From positions 1-64,000 of the forward strand of contig CBFFRP010000113.1 in the NCBI GenBank assembly GCA_965644295.1: a DNA stretch of 64,000 bases, written 5' to 3'. Below, in pieces: positions 24,229 through 37,320 of the stretch. This stretch comes from Paraphysomonas bandaiensis (taxonomy: Eukaryota > Protista > Chrysophyceae). A model generated the notes under the pieces. It saw only the letters and a program-made list of their open reading frames with translations, was not told the DNA's origin and ran no database searches. How positions within the stretch are numbered: position 1 is the stretch's first letter; every line of letters begins with the position of its first letter. The translations under genes and the position numbers were made by a program.

Positions 24229-24588
24229 ATGATGACTAGGTTTGACTCAAGTATTATATTGACCAGACCAGTAATATTATTTAAAGTGGCAAGCTTTTTA
24301 AAGCATTTTGACTAGGTACAATAGTATATATTATTTTATTATTATCAGACGGTATCCGGCTTGTCACATTGATACTGAGAAAGCGCATCTACTTTGTTTT
24401 AATTCAACTACTGTTGATACTATTTTTATTCGCCAGCATATATTAGAAGAGGCAATGTCGGTTGGACTATATATACACTCCTAGCTTTTGATATCGAAGG
24501 TGCGTGGATTTCTTGAGTGATTCACAAGTGAAAGTAGCATGAACACAATTCCTTATGCACTTGTATTGAATCTCACACTCTAAAATTG

Positions 24589-26527
24589 TTATTTACATTC
24601 ATTTACAGTGGAGACTTTCTCGCTAACATACACGATGTCTTCTGACATTTTCATAGCTTCTGCAAACTTCAGTTTGTGTATGCTCTTAATTTCAGCTATG
24701 CTTTTGGTAGTAGCTTTAGTACCTTGGTCATCATGTCCTTTCCTTGCACAACCTTTTTTACCCATTCTCTTTTGTTGTGATTTATAAGACTGTCTTAAAT
24801 TATAAAATGCATCGTATATAAGATGAGCCTCCTCCTCTGTTCCTCCTGCAGCAACCACCCGACGCTCAATATGCCCTATCCACTCATTGGCTAAAACCTT
24901 CCCAGTCATAGCGAATACCTACATACAATAGTTACGACATAAGCTTGAGGTTCGTAAAACATACACGAGCCAAATGCTTCACCCTTCCTCCATCTAGTTG
25001 CTTGACAAATGCTTGTACCTCTTTGCGCGTCCACGCTTCAGGGCCACGAAATTGGCTACTTTCTATTTCCGCTCGGTTTGCAGATATCATAGCAGTAGCA
25101 AAGTCGAGTGTATTAAGTGTGTGATGTAGAGCGGATCGACAAGGTGATATATGTGAAATCAACAGTACAGAAGCAAATTTGCCTGAAGGAATCACACTGT
25201 CTCCATTTGTTGACGGAAATGTATCCGTACCAACATTTAAAATATCATTCTGGTCCATGTCAGAGTGCAAGACACATCTGACATCAGTACCCACAGTCTC
25301 AAGGGCCTCACGAAGTAAAAGAGTTAGTTTACTGTTTCTATAGGGTACGTAGGTACGATTGGTAGTCGTCGTGGGATGCCGAGCACGAGTGATATTCGCT
25401 CGAATACACTCCTGACACCACAAATTAGCGAAATAAGTGAGAACCATATATCTTACTTTCAGACAACCCAAAGAATAGTTGATGGCCTTCAATTCAGCAA
25501 TTTGTTCTTGGGAATGGTGTGCAGCCTCCCTGTGTGCAGGACACCATGTACACTTCAGATGTATAAGAGTATATAAAATATTCCACTAAACATGTAATAG
25601 CGTACCTAGATCGTTCACACCCTGCCAGATCTACGATATGAAAAACACCCTTACATATTGTACTGTCATCTGTAATATTAACGCTAGAATGAGGCCAAAA
25701 TGAGAACTTTATCACAGCATGGCTACGGGAGGAGCGTGTATTACCCACAGTATTAGCAGTTGCCCGATGTGAGACAAAGATATCAGATATTCTATGTATA
25801 TCCTCATAATTTACGATTGGAACACACTTGGAGTTTACATGGATATGCTTCTCCGCATCCTCTCGAATATGCAATTGGTGTAAGTCAGGCGTTTGAATGG
25901 AGTCAGAGTTTCGAGTCTCGTATGATATATCCAATAAATCATAACATGAATCTCCTCGCAATTCAAACATTGATACATAAAGCACTATATTATTGCGCAC
26001 GGAGTGTTGGAATAACTCGCAAGCGGAGAGATGGTACAAACTCATACTGGTGTGAGTTTTACCACTGGCTGTCACACCATAGCTAATGCACCAAGCTGAC
26101 TTACTATTGTACATTTGAAGTATCAAGGGCTTCACTGACTCATTGTATATGTCCTCTTCAGATGCTGATGGGCCATAAGCACGATCAACTTGATAACAAC
26201 TAGTTGAGAGCTGACCGGTCAACTCCCCGACATACGCCTCCTCCTGATGCACATAGACACAGCTCGGTTTATCTTCCACTACACTCACCGCCTCGAACTC
26301 ATTAATCTGTTGATTGATGCGGAGTTATATGCACAGTGTGTATTGATAGCAGTGTTCCTTACTCTTGATGTAACCCACGAGCCGACCACCTCCCTCTCTA
26401 TGACTGGACGACAACGAACACAAACCCTCACACCACAACCATAAGATAGAATGCTGTTGTTTGGATCCAGAGATTCGCGTTCGCATGGGCTGCTACGCCA
26501 TTGTTGTATAAGGTGTTGATAGTCCAT
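24589..26527 (-). CDS. Kinesin motor-domain protein, multi-exon
   Basis: VRVCVRCRP, P-loop YGVTASGKT, NTRSSRSH, DLAGCE, INYSLGCLK, VPYRNSKLTLLLR. Confidence 0.92.
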
Positions 26528-26546
26528 ATCTTCTCAGAGTGATTTA

Positions 26547-27000
26547 ACATACATACATACATACATACATACATACATACATACATACATACATACATAC
26601 ATACATACATACATACATACATACATACATACATACATACATACATACATACATACATACATACATACATACATACATACATACATACATACATACATAC
26701 ATACATACATACATACATACATACATACATACATACATACATACATACATACATACATACATACATACATACATACATACATACATACATGCATACATAC
26801 ATACATACATACATACATACATACATACATACATACATACATACATACATACATACATACATACATACATACATACATACATACATACATACATACATAC
26901 ATACATACATACATACATACATACATACATACATACATACATACATACATACATACATACATACATACATACATACATGCATACATACATACTTACATAC

Positions 27001-27031
<31 letters not shown>

Positions 27032-27140
27032 CATACATACATACATACATACATACATACATACATACATACATACATACATACATACATACATACATAC
27101 ATACATACATACATACATGCATACATACATACTTACATAC

Positions 27141-27171
<31 letters not shown>

Positions 27172-27217
27172 CATACATACATACATACATACATACATAC
27201 ATACATACATACATACA
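26547..27217. repeat. (ACAT)n microsatellite, ~670 bp
   Basis: Near-perfect tandem ACAT; a variant block recurs at a 140-bp spacing. Confidence 0.99.
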
Positions 27218-27305
27218 GGGAGGTGCGTTGATTCCATGTTTATTATGTGGTTCTGTCGTATTGATTTGAGTGTATCGTATCGTATCATACAATACATCAG
27301 CAGTC

Positions 27306-29843
27306 ATGGACGATCATTTCGACCGGATGCTTGCTGCTGATAGTGCAGACAGCACAGGCAGCACTTCAGTTCACTCCAAATTCATTAAAGCTGATAAGTT
27401 CTCTGGAAGTAGGCGTGGATATGCATTCAAGATGGGTCCGAGTGGATTGGGCTACTATTATGATCCTGTTCAGGGCGCAGTGTTGGACGAGGAGCAAGAT
27501 GAGGTATGCGTGACGTATATCAATGTATATCTATGTATATCTGTATGGCATGGCAGTGTAGTTATATAAGAGTGCTGATGGCCGACACCTGCAGGCGAAA
27601 GTATCACGAAAGCGTAAATTAGATTCACTAAGTGGAAATGCACAAGCAGTTGACAAATCTGCAATTGATAAGTTGCTAGAAGATGCTGATCAAAACGAAA
27701 TTGAAATGCTTACGCCAATATCATTGAAACAAGTATGACACTGTACACTTTTCAAATGTAAAATCATGAAACGTATTCTTCAGATGCTCTTGACTTTCGA
27801 AAAGAAAATAACGAAGAATCAGGCTATGCGCATGAAGTATCCTGATCAACCAGAAAAGTTCATGGACTCCGAGCTTGATCTGCACAAGGAAATAAACAAT
27901 CTGTATGCCGTCTCCGCCTCCCCGGAGCTCTACCCTACGTTAGTGGAGGCTGGCTCTGTGATTTCTATTTTGGGAATGATTGCACACGAAAACACTGACA
28001 TCAGCATTGCTGCAATAGGGCTACTTCAAGAGCTTACTGACCCTGAGACGGTACTTGAGACGGAGGAGGCGGTTGTGATCGTGGATTCAATTCTGGCGGG
28101 ACAGGTAATTTTCCGAACCTGGCTTCAGCTAAGATAATAATAGTATTGGTAATGTAGGGGCTAGAACTTATTGTCCAGAATTTAAGTCGTTTGGATGAGA
28201 GTAACGAGGACGACGCCCAGGGCGTGCATGATTCCATGGCCATTGTGAGTTGCCCCATCGCTTGCTGAGTCACTACTAGTACTTATATTTCTGTCAGATC
28301 GAGAATCTTGTGGAGGTGAAACCTGAGGTGGCGGTTTCTGTCTGTGAAAAGACCCACATTCTCAAGTACCTTCTTATGCGGTACGTGCTTGCGATGACCT
28401 GAGCCTTCTGTGTTAATTACCTCCATTTTTATCACAGACTGAGAGTGAAGAAGTTCGATGAAAATAAACTATACTGCTCTGAAATTTTGTCCATACTCCT
28501 GCAGGCAGATGCTGCCAACACTGGGAGGTTAGGTACCATTGAAGGTGCGTTAGTATAGGGTGACTGTGTGCGGTGTAAATTTGATGACATCTATGTGTGG
28601 GTCAGGTGCAGAGGATGGGGTGGAGATGCTTTTGCAAATTGTCTTTCAGTACCGCAAGAAGGATCCCACAGGTTCAGATGAAAGGGAGTGTGTGCAAAAT
28701 ATGTTTTTGTGCCTTTGTACAGCTCTGATGCACGCCGACAATCAGACGAGGTAACTCAAATGTTAAGTTGTTTTTTTGGTGTTGACAAATACCCACAGAT
28801 TCAGGATGCGGGAAGGGTTCGAGTTAATGGCGAGATGTCTCAAGGAGAATAAATTCGCCGCTGGATGTGCTGTGCGCGTTCTCAGCTACGCTACGTCAGG
28901 AGACAGGTGTTTGTTTGTTCTATGGTCACTAGTTTTTATCTCACTTGGGATGCAGAACAAATTGCGAGCGTCTTCTCGAGGTGAACGGTTTGAGTCATCT
29001 CTTTCCTTTGTTTATGGGGCGTGGGTTCCCTTCATCATGCAAGAAAGGTAAGAATAATGTTGGATACAATGTAAATTTGACGTCTAGCTGCAGCGGATAG
29101 ACGAGAGATGGAGGAGGCCGTAATATCAACTATCAGTCAATTGTGTATGCAGCTACACGACTGCACTGAAAAGAGGGCTTCGCAAAGGTAACTTCTTTTG
29201 ATTCTAGTACTGAATTCACTGGCTACAGATTGTTGTCAAAATTTGCTGAAAGTGACTATGAGAAGACTGAGCGTTGCGTAGAGGTGACCTCTCGCGTTTA
29301 ACTATTTCGCAAGTAATATATGTACAGTTATTCATGAAGTTTGCGAAAGTTTTGGCACATACTGAGACCGAGCTCGACCATCTCATACTTACCTTGAAGG
29401 CACGAGTTTCCCGCGGGGGGATGGACGCAGAAGATGCCGCTGAGGAGCTGGATATGATTGACAACGATGATGCGCGATATCTTAAGGTGCAGTTTTCTCT
29501 GATATGTTTTCGTTGTGTTAATATACTCCTCTAGCGGCTTGATGGGGGGTTACACATGCTCCAGCAAGTTTCAGTTATCCTGGGATTCATTTGTGTCTTC
29601 CGAAACAGCGATACTGCTTGCATTAACAAAATTAGAAGTAAGCTGAGTACGGAGCACCATTCTCTACGAGATGTGCAAGCTGTTCTGAGGGAAATGGCTG
29701 CGAGCATTGGGGACGGAAAGATAAGTGACAGTTCTAGCGATGCCACTGCGGCTGCAAGTTTGAAACAGCGAAACACTCTTATTGCGTGGAGCGCATGTTT
29801 GGCATGTATTGAAGAAAATTTAGGCAGTAATAGTTCGACTTAG
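27306..29843 (+). CDS. CTNNBL1: Beta-catenin-like protein 1 (spliceosomal Prp19 complex), multi-exon
   Basis: FEKKITKNQAMRMKYPDQPEKFMDSELDL, HENTDISIA, ELTD, NKLYCSEILSILLQ, YRKKDP..DERECVQNMF, EGFELM. Confidence 0.93.
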
Positions 29844-30299
29844 CTAGCAATCGAGTATAATTTGAGTCATAAATAGCTGGTATCAGGAATATAACTTTTC
29901 CATGTTTCCGAGTCGTATAGTTTCAAATCCAGAATGCAAGCATACAATTGGACTGCGTAATAGATTACCTTGTGCAGTACATATGTAGTAACCAGCTATC
30001 TGGTTATTCTAACATGTAATCTCTTTTGTGAATGCTTATTCTTGTACAGAATGTTATACTAGAAATCTAGAAATGAAGCAATAGAAACGGACCTATGAGA
30101 TGAAGTCTAGGTGATAATGAATATAATAGGAGACAACTGACGACACAGACATACTGCTATACTGTATGCTGGTGACATAAAATCGAAGCAGACTCCCAAA
30201 GAATTCCATGTTATATCCAGGCTGATAGATCTGTATTGCGAAATTATCCAGTAAAACTGTTGTACTTCATGTATTTTTTGCACTCGAATTATCGAATTA

Positions 30300-31822
30300 T
30301 TGACCTTTGAACTTTGAGTAATGGATGTCTTATTATTAGCAATAGGCGTGTAAGAGAAAGAACTAATCTAGCATTGCAATTTAACTTACTAGTGCTTAAC
30401 TCTGATATTCTAATATTTTACATATAAAAGATCTGATTATTACATGAGAGAACTTGTTGCATTTGTCTATCTATTATTCTAGACTAGTGATAACACAGAT
30501 TACGAAATGCTCAGTTGTCTCGGGACTGCTTGTGCATTGCTGCAAGCACCTTGGTGCAACCATCCCTTGTTTTACGTTTAGTCAGGTGGTCTTCCTTTGG
30601 GTAGTGTGTCTGGTGGTCCAGTTCCGTGTGCGAGCCGGGGGGAGGGGGGTGACGTGCCATTCTGTGAATGTGTGGCAGCGGGGGTTTTGTGTTCACTAGT
30701 TGTGGTTGGAATTCTGTCGGGAATGAGTGTCGTCTGCCTCCGGATCGGGTTGGCAGGCCCGCGTTGGGGACGACGTCTCTTGGGGGGCACGACTCTGGGG
30801 GTGGATGTTACTTTAAGTAGCTGGAGGATCGTCGGGTTGGTGGCGGAGTGTGTGTGGTGTGGTTGTGAGCTGGCGTTAGCCGAGGGTGGTGTCATTGTTG
30901 TCGTGTCGAGTCTGTGAAACCTACAGCCTCTGTTTTTGAGCATGTTTAGTCCTCCATTGTAGAGAGGGAGCAGAATTTTGGTGACTGATTTTTCGAGCTT
31001 GTGGAACTGGTGATCAAGTAGCGAGGTGAAAATGTTGTGGCCGAAAGCGTTAGCCAGTTGCGAGGCTGTTAGTTGGCCAGTCCAGTATCTCTCAACTTGA
31101 GGTGTGTCGGGATCCCAAGCAGCCCTCGCGAGTCTACGTAGGGCATTGTGTAGCCAGGGGATGGGTTGTCGTTTCTCATGGAGTTTTTGGTAAGCTGAGT
31201 TTGTTGTGCGTGGAAGGCTTTTTCACGTATTTGGGCGATCTCGGGGTGCGGACATTGGAGGAGCATGTGCGCCATGTTGTCCAAGTTGTGGTCGCAATCT
31301 GTACATTTGGCTGCTGTTGTGAGTTCGTCTCCTTGTTTGCCCTTGGCTCGATTTCTGCCCATCGCGTAGGATTTGTCCCACACGTATGCTGTTTCGCGAA
31401 TGCGGTCGTGAAATGGGACATAGCATTTGGGAGAGTTATTGGTCTTGAGGGGATGGAGTTTGTGTGGGAGCCTGGTTCCGCTGCGTGTCCAGTACTGCGA
31501 GTCTCGGGTTGCACTTGTGGGGTACGTGCCGTCCCGCGTGAGGATGTATTGGTGGAGGTCCCATTGGTGTTGGAGTTCGGTGACGTCCCCGAGCATGGGT
31601 CCGCAGTCGGTGTGGAGGAATTTGTCATATCTTCTCCATTGCCATTGGCCGGCAGTGAGGAATTCGTCGATGAGATGTGTGATCTCAGTTTTGACCACGC
31701 TGTAGTTTGTGCCGCCTAGTATTTTGTCTATCGTCGACCACTCCCCACTGGCGGCAGCGTCAGCTATGTAAATGCCGTAGTCATTGTAGTTCCATTTGTT
31801 CCAATCTTGTGTTCGGCGTTCT
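30300..31822 (-). mobile_element. 5'-truncated LINE 3' end: RNase H C-terminus, CCHC-like finger, 3' UTR and tail; frameshifted
   Basis: ERRTQDWNKWNYNDYGIYIADAAA (RNase H last-Asp helix); CTDC..DNMAHMLLQC; ORF ends LPKGRPPD* at 30578; 3' UTR stem-loop 30521-30561; terminal motif 30327-30349; short TCAAAG-like tail repeats. Confidence 0.8.
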
Positions 31823-31829
31823 AATCTAA

Positions 31830-31945
31830 TATTTTACGCTACGAAAGCTCCTTGTGCGTCACCGCAAGCTTCAAGGTGCAACCACTTTCGTCTGTCACTC
31901 AAATCAAACTATCAAACGCAGTGAGCAAGCAGAATGTTAACCAAA
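31830..31945 (-). mobile_element. 3' fragment of the SINE-like family (23016-type) abutting the LINE 5' truncation point
   Basis: AACATTCTGCTTGCTCACTGC (cf. ~23315) followed by the stem-loop CTTGCG-GTGA-CGCA-CA-AG and GTAGCG. Confidence 0.7.
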
Positions 31946-32801
31946 TTGACTAGATTGAAGAATATTTCCCATTATAGCTTCTCAATAGTTCTAGTGTAAT
32001 GATTAAAACTACATGATAGCCTACTACCCCGATACGCTGCCAAACGAGGATAACCACTACTTTGTGTTGCTATACCGGGTGATACCACTAAGATTACTTT
32101 CAAAAGCATATTATCTTTTTATAGACTTCATGAGAATATTATTATCGTTTTATAGATTTCAAGAGAACTGATAAATTGAATCCGAAGGAATGTAGAAATA
32201 GGTGTTTGTTTGTCCCGCTTAAATATCATAAATATAGTACTCTTCTGCAAAATAGGTATTACAAGAATACTTGCCTCCGGTCCCTCCCCTATCTTGGAAG
32301 TACATACGTTGTGTGTAACAAAGCAAGCTTAAGGTTTAGGTAGTGCAAGGTTACCTTCAGCAACACATTCAACTCAAGCATTACATGATATTCTAATGTC
32401 ATGCACAATGCACACACATGATGATATTCAAATATTTTTGTAAAGCTACAACCGTGATGTACACTCACACGATACACGACTATATGCCCACTGCTGATGA
32501 TGAATAAAGGCACAACAGCAAATATATATTCACCCTTTTATGGGTATTTTGATATTGATTTCTTCTCAAGTACGTCATTAGTTATAATCATCTGCGTAAG
32601 AAAATATATGTCTGCTCTGATATTATCATTGCACCACAATCATCATTCATGTCAAATACAATATACTAGGTTGCTGTAACTACTGTAATATCTTCAACAG
32701 CGCTGTTGGCGATTGCCAGCAAGAATAAGGGTCACATGTACACTGTCTCCATAGAAATATTTACCATTGCTTTAGCAAACTATAAGAATAATATATTCTA
32801 G

Positions 32802-34103
32802 TTACCACTGGCCGCTGACAGTGGTTCGTTTCTTCGATGGAGGGTAAGTATCTTCCGTTGCTTCGCCGCACTCCGCGAAGCACCTGGAAATCCCTGACTT
32901 CATAGTGACAGGTTTGAACGCAGTTGGCGATGATGTAGGACTTGATGGTGGATGTGAGGACGGAGGAGGCTGGTAAACTGCTATGCCCCCCTCACACACG
33001 GGAGACCCACGCAGGGAGGTTGACTGCAGACCTCGTGGTGTATATATACTCGCATTACCAGGACCAGCAGAGGGTGCAGGTACCAGCGCACCACTGCCAG
33101 ACACGCTTTTCATCCATGTAAGAATGCTCTGCATATTGGGGGCAGGGTCCGATACGTTGGCTCGTATTGAAGCCTCCAAAAGTGCCACAGTGCGAGCACT
33201 ATCATCCGACTCAGATCCAGGAGCAGAGGTAGTAGAGGGAGCAGGAGGGGCACTCGGTAGCGGATCTGAAGCATCAGACCCAGGAGAGGAACGCACAGTA
33301 GAGTTCTCCTCACTCTGAAGCTGACTTGCCTGGTAGTTCAGGTCACGTATTGCTTCGATAAAGAGCCGCTCTTCAGCCAACATCGGGCCAATACTGCTGC
33401 ACAGAAGACAACGTAGTCAGACACCATACTATTTTTCTTAAGCGCGTACCTGTGCAACGACTGGATTTCGTCAAACATAGCCTCTACTTCCTTCAGCTGA
33501 GACACAATATACGGGTACTGCGTAAAGTTCTGTTTGCTCATCACCTTGAGCATGAAAGCGTCTCTAGTCTTGTATCTATTAAACAAACAACATATGAAAC
33601 AAAACAATAACAAAACAATTATATTACCCAGTGCGCTTGTCATGTTTTTTCAAAATTTTACTGAATCCACAATAGTTCATAATCGCATAGTTCTCCAACA
33701 GTAAGACATCTTTATAAAACTTAACACAGGAGGCCATCAAACGAGTCCATGCGTGCATATCTTCAAAGTCATCATGCATACGCTGTTTCTTCAACATCTC
33801 TAGACCCCCCCACAATCTATCTCTACGAATCTTACACATGTCTTCACTAGACTTAAAAAACTCGGATGTTTTTTTCAGTTCTTTTTTTAGTAATCGAAAG
33901 AACTCAACCTCAGCTGTTGAGCATGATAACTGCTGATGAAGATTCTTTCCACTATTAACACTCTCTTTATCGTCCTTATTGTGCTCTTGTTCATGTACAA
34001 TGTCGTTTATTTTTCGTTTGAGATATTTATAATTTATCCAGAAAGGACCCCATTCAGGGTCAGACAGCTCGATCACTTGAAACAAACTCTTACCAAATTT
34101 CAT
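32802..34103 (-). CDS. Stand-alone SPX domain protein (phosphate/inositol pyrophosphate sensing), 2 exons
   Basis: MKFGK..., INYKYLKRKI, FF..L..ELKK..EFF, LLENYAIMNYCGFSKILKKHDK. Confidence 0.92.
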
Positions 34104-34696
34104 CGCCACAAATATGGCTGATATATACACAGGAGGGTAGAGGGTCGTAATATACTCCCTCGATATATAGTTTAACAGATGATGAGATTCTGTTCGTAGT
34201 TGGTCATGAGGGTTGAATATGAATATGAATATGTATGTATGTGTAGTCTGGGAACACTGTCAGCTGTTGAATCTGAATCTCTGAATCTCTGCAATCTAGA
34301 AGAACAACTCTTCCTACAGCACTACGTCATACAGAGTACGGTATACATACGTACACATATTGTATGATGGCCAGAACATGGAAACTATGGTATGTAGTTG
34401 TCAAAAGTATGATTTATATCTAAAAACTACGCTTTTGGCACACACTCTTCAATTTTCTGGGGTATCCATAGAAAATGCTTGGTATTGGAGTAACCATGTG
34501 TTGTGTTCTGAGCAGCACGCACACATGTGTGGGCGGTCTATCTATATGCACAGCTCATATCTATAGAAACGTCGTGTCCAAAGCTCATATTGCTTTAATT
34601 GTCTCAAGTTTTGTATTCTTCGTTACATTCGCAACATCTAGTTGTACTTGATATTATATTCATAGTGTGTTGTCACTGTATCTCAATTATAAGACA

Positions 34697-36011
34697 ATGA
34701 TATGCGACGAGCCCACACCAGGCCCCAGACAGCGCAAGATGGGTTATGTGTACGAGGAATTATGCATGTAGGTTCTTAAACTACTTCATTTTAGTTATTT
34801 ACTGATAATTTATGTGCAGGTGGCATTCTGCTGGTTCACTTTCTTTTGACGATACGACAGAGCCATTGCCAAGTTGGGAGAGTCCTCTATCAAAAAGTCG
34901 TATTAATGGGTTACTAGAGGTTACTGGTATGACAAAGTACTTGACACGTGTGCGCGCGAGAAAGGCGACTAGAGACGAACTATTGCGATTTCATACTGCT
35001 CAATACGTCGACGGTGTGAAATGCATGAGCGACACCAATGGAGGTGACGCTGGTCAAATGGCGAGGTTTCAGAAAGGAGGCTATGAGATCGCTCTTCTAA
35101 GCGCTGGTGGTATACTTGCTGCCGTGGAGGCACTTATGAACGAGGATGCAGACAAGATAGAGAACGCTTATTGTCTTGTTCGCCCTCCTGGGCATCATGC
35201 TGAGCGGGACTTGGGCCGAGGGTTCTGTATATTCAACAACGTTGTGATTGGTGCTCTACATGCCAGGGAACTTCATGCCTCCCGTTACTCAGGTCCTCCC
35301 CTTCGTATTGCTATTGTGGATTACGATGTGCACCATGGGAACGGGACGGAGCAGGCCTTCTGGAGTGACCCGGACACTCTTTTCATATCAGTCCATCAAG
35401 ACAAGAACTTTCCTCTTGACACCGGGGCACTTCATGACACGGGTCATCCTGAACTAGCCCCCGGGTCAAATATAAATATCCCTCTACCACCTGGATCTGG
35501 ATGTGGCGCTTACGCTCTAGCATTTGACAGGGTGGTTATTCCAGCGCTACGTAGGTTCAAACCGGATTTCATATTTGTGAGCTCTGGATTTGATGCTTCT
35601 TTCGTAGACGAGCTCGCCAGAATGATGCTCTCCAGTGAAGCGTTTGCTGAAATTTCTCGCAAACTTTTGGCTGTTTCAGATGAACTGTGCCCTGGTCGAC
35701 TTTTGTTTGCCCACGAGGGAGGTTACAGTAAAGACTATGTGCCATATTGCGGACTGGCAGTTGTAGAAGTGCTCTCTGGAGTCCGTAGTGCTGTTGTGGA
35801 CCCGTATTTGTGTGAGGTAAACCAGTGGGGGTACCAAGACGTGCAGCCACATCAAGAAGCAGTTATCAATGCAGCAGCTGCTTTAGCTGGACTTTATCCC
35901 GATTCCGATACTAAGTCGAATAACGTTAACATTGCCGCAGCAGCGATTAAGCTTATTCTCTCAAGCGTTGATGAAACTCAACGGAAGGCAATACTTGACG
36001 AGATACAATGA
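34697..36011 (+). CDS. Class II histone deacetylase-like amidohydrolase (bacterial HDAH type), 2 exons
   Basis: MGYVYEE..WH, LLRFHT, NAYCLVRPPGHHA, GFCIFNN, DYDVHHGNGT, SSGFDAS, HEGGYS. Confidence 0.92.
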
Positions 36012-36590
36012 CAGTAGGTCCACTACTTTTGAATTTGAATAATATTTTTACTGAATTTAGAAACCTTATCAATGATAATAATAGAATTTCGCTTTCGATG
36101 AGTTGTGTCTAATTCATTTATAGTTTATTACTGAGTGACGACTTATGACCTATGTTTACGTGTGGTAATGTGTGCACCCAATCAATTGCAACCTTACTTT
36201 ATTTAACCTTTCATGCAACCACTTGAGATTATTGCTAAGAAAACGTATTGACTTAATATTTTATAGTCTAAACTAGCGCATGTAATACTGATATACCCTT
36301 CCTTTCATACCACTTATGTTACTCTATGACTGCAACCAAAGACACACTTATACCACAACTATGTACATAGACCTACTATCCCCACGTGATAAATCAATTC
36401 GGGCATCAATTAGACACTAAGTAATCATGTTATGTTCATACGAAGTACGTAGTGTATAGCGACGAGTATTTGCCTTCATTTCAGCTGTAATAGAATTACG
36501 TATCAGTTGCAGCAATGGATGAACAATTAATACACAAACACTTCGCATATGCGTTACACAAATGATCTAGACTATAAAGTTTCACTCTTG

Positions 36591-36957
36591 CTTAGTTTAC
36601 GCGGGATCAGTCTTCTTCGCAACTCTATAAAACATAGGAATCAGTTACATTATGAAGGATATAAAATGCATACCTAATAAGAGTAAAACCCATATTGGTC
36701 GTGCGGTGCCCAAGCAAATGCTTTTTAAATGCATTTTCGATTTGCTGACGGGCACCAGGTGACATCTTTGCACCCATTAAATATAAGACCTCGACTGTTT
36801 CGTTGGTGTTTAGCCACTCTGCTAGTAGAGTCACACCCTCATCCTTCAAATCATTGAAGCGGAGACTAGGGTTGTTATAGATGGTCCAATGTTGTCAAGA
36901 ATGTAAGCCAGAATATCCAGATTTCCTGGAGGAAGGAATTTCGTCAGAGTCTTCCAT
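36591..36957 (-). pseudogene. Pseudogene copy of the LRR gene at 48832-49309
   Basis: Nearly identical to 48735-49311 but lacks ~110 bp after MEDxDE and has a 1-bp deletion at ~36869 (ACTAGGG vs ACTAAGGG). Confidence 0.85.
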
Positions 36958-37320
36958 TTTCTATTATAGAAAAGCCTGATTTTTACTCTATCAAAAGTTA
37001 TCGCCGAAAAACCAACGCTGCTAAATTTCTTGTCTGATATGTACAGTGTACGAGTAGACGGTGAAACTGTTACTATTACGGTATTATCGTATACTGCTGT
37101 ATATACTGTATGTATAGTTGGAACATGTACATGTCCATATATATACAGCAGTACATGTATAGCAGCCAGGTGTCGGTCCAGCGCAGAGATTCAGTGACGG
37201 TTCTTTTACTTGACCTGAGGCACAGCCATACAGGTATGTATCATACAGAGACCATCTGCACCTGCTTCAAGCATACTAGTCATCCAATAAATCCCATGTC
37301 GGTTGCGGACAGAGAGTAGT

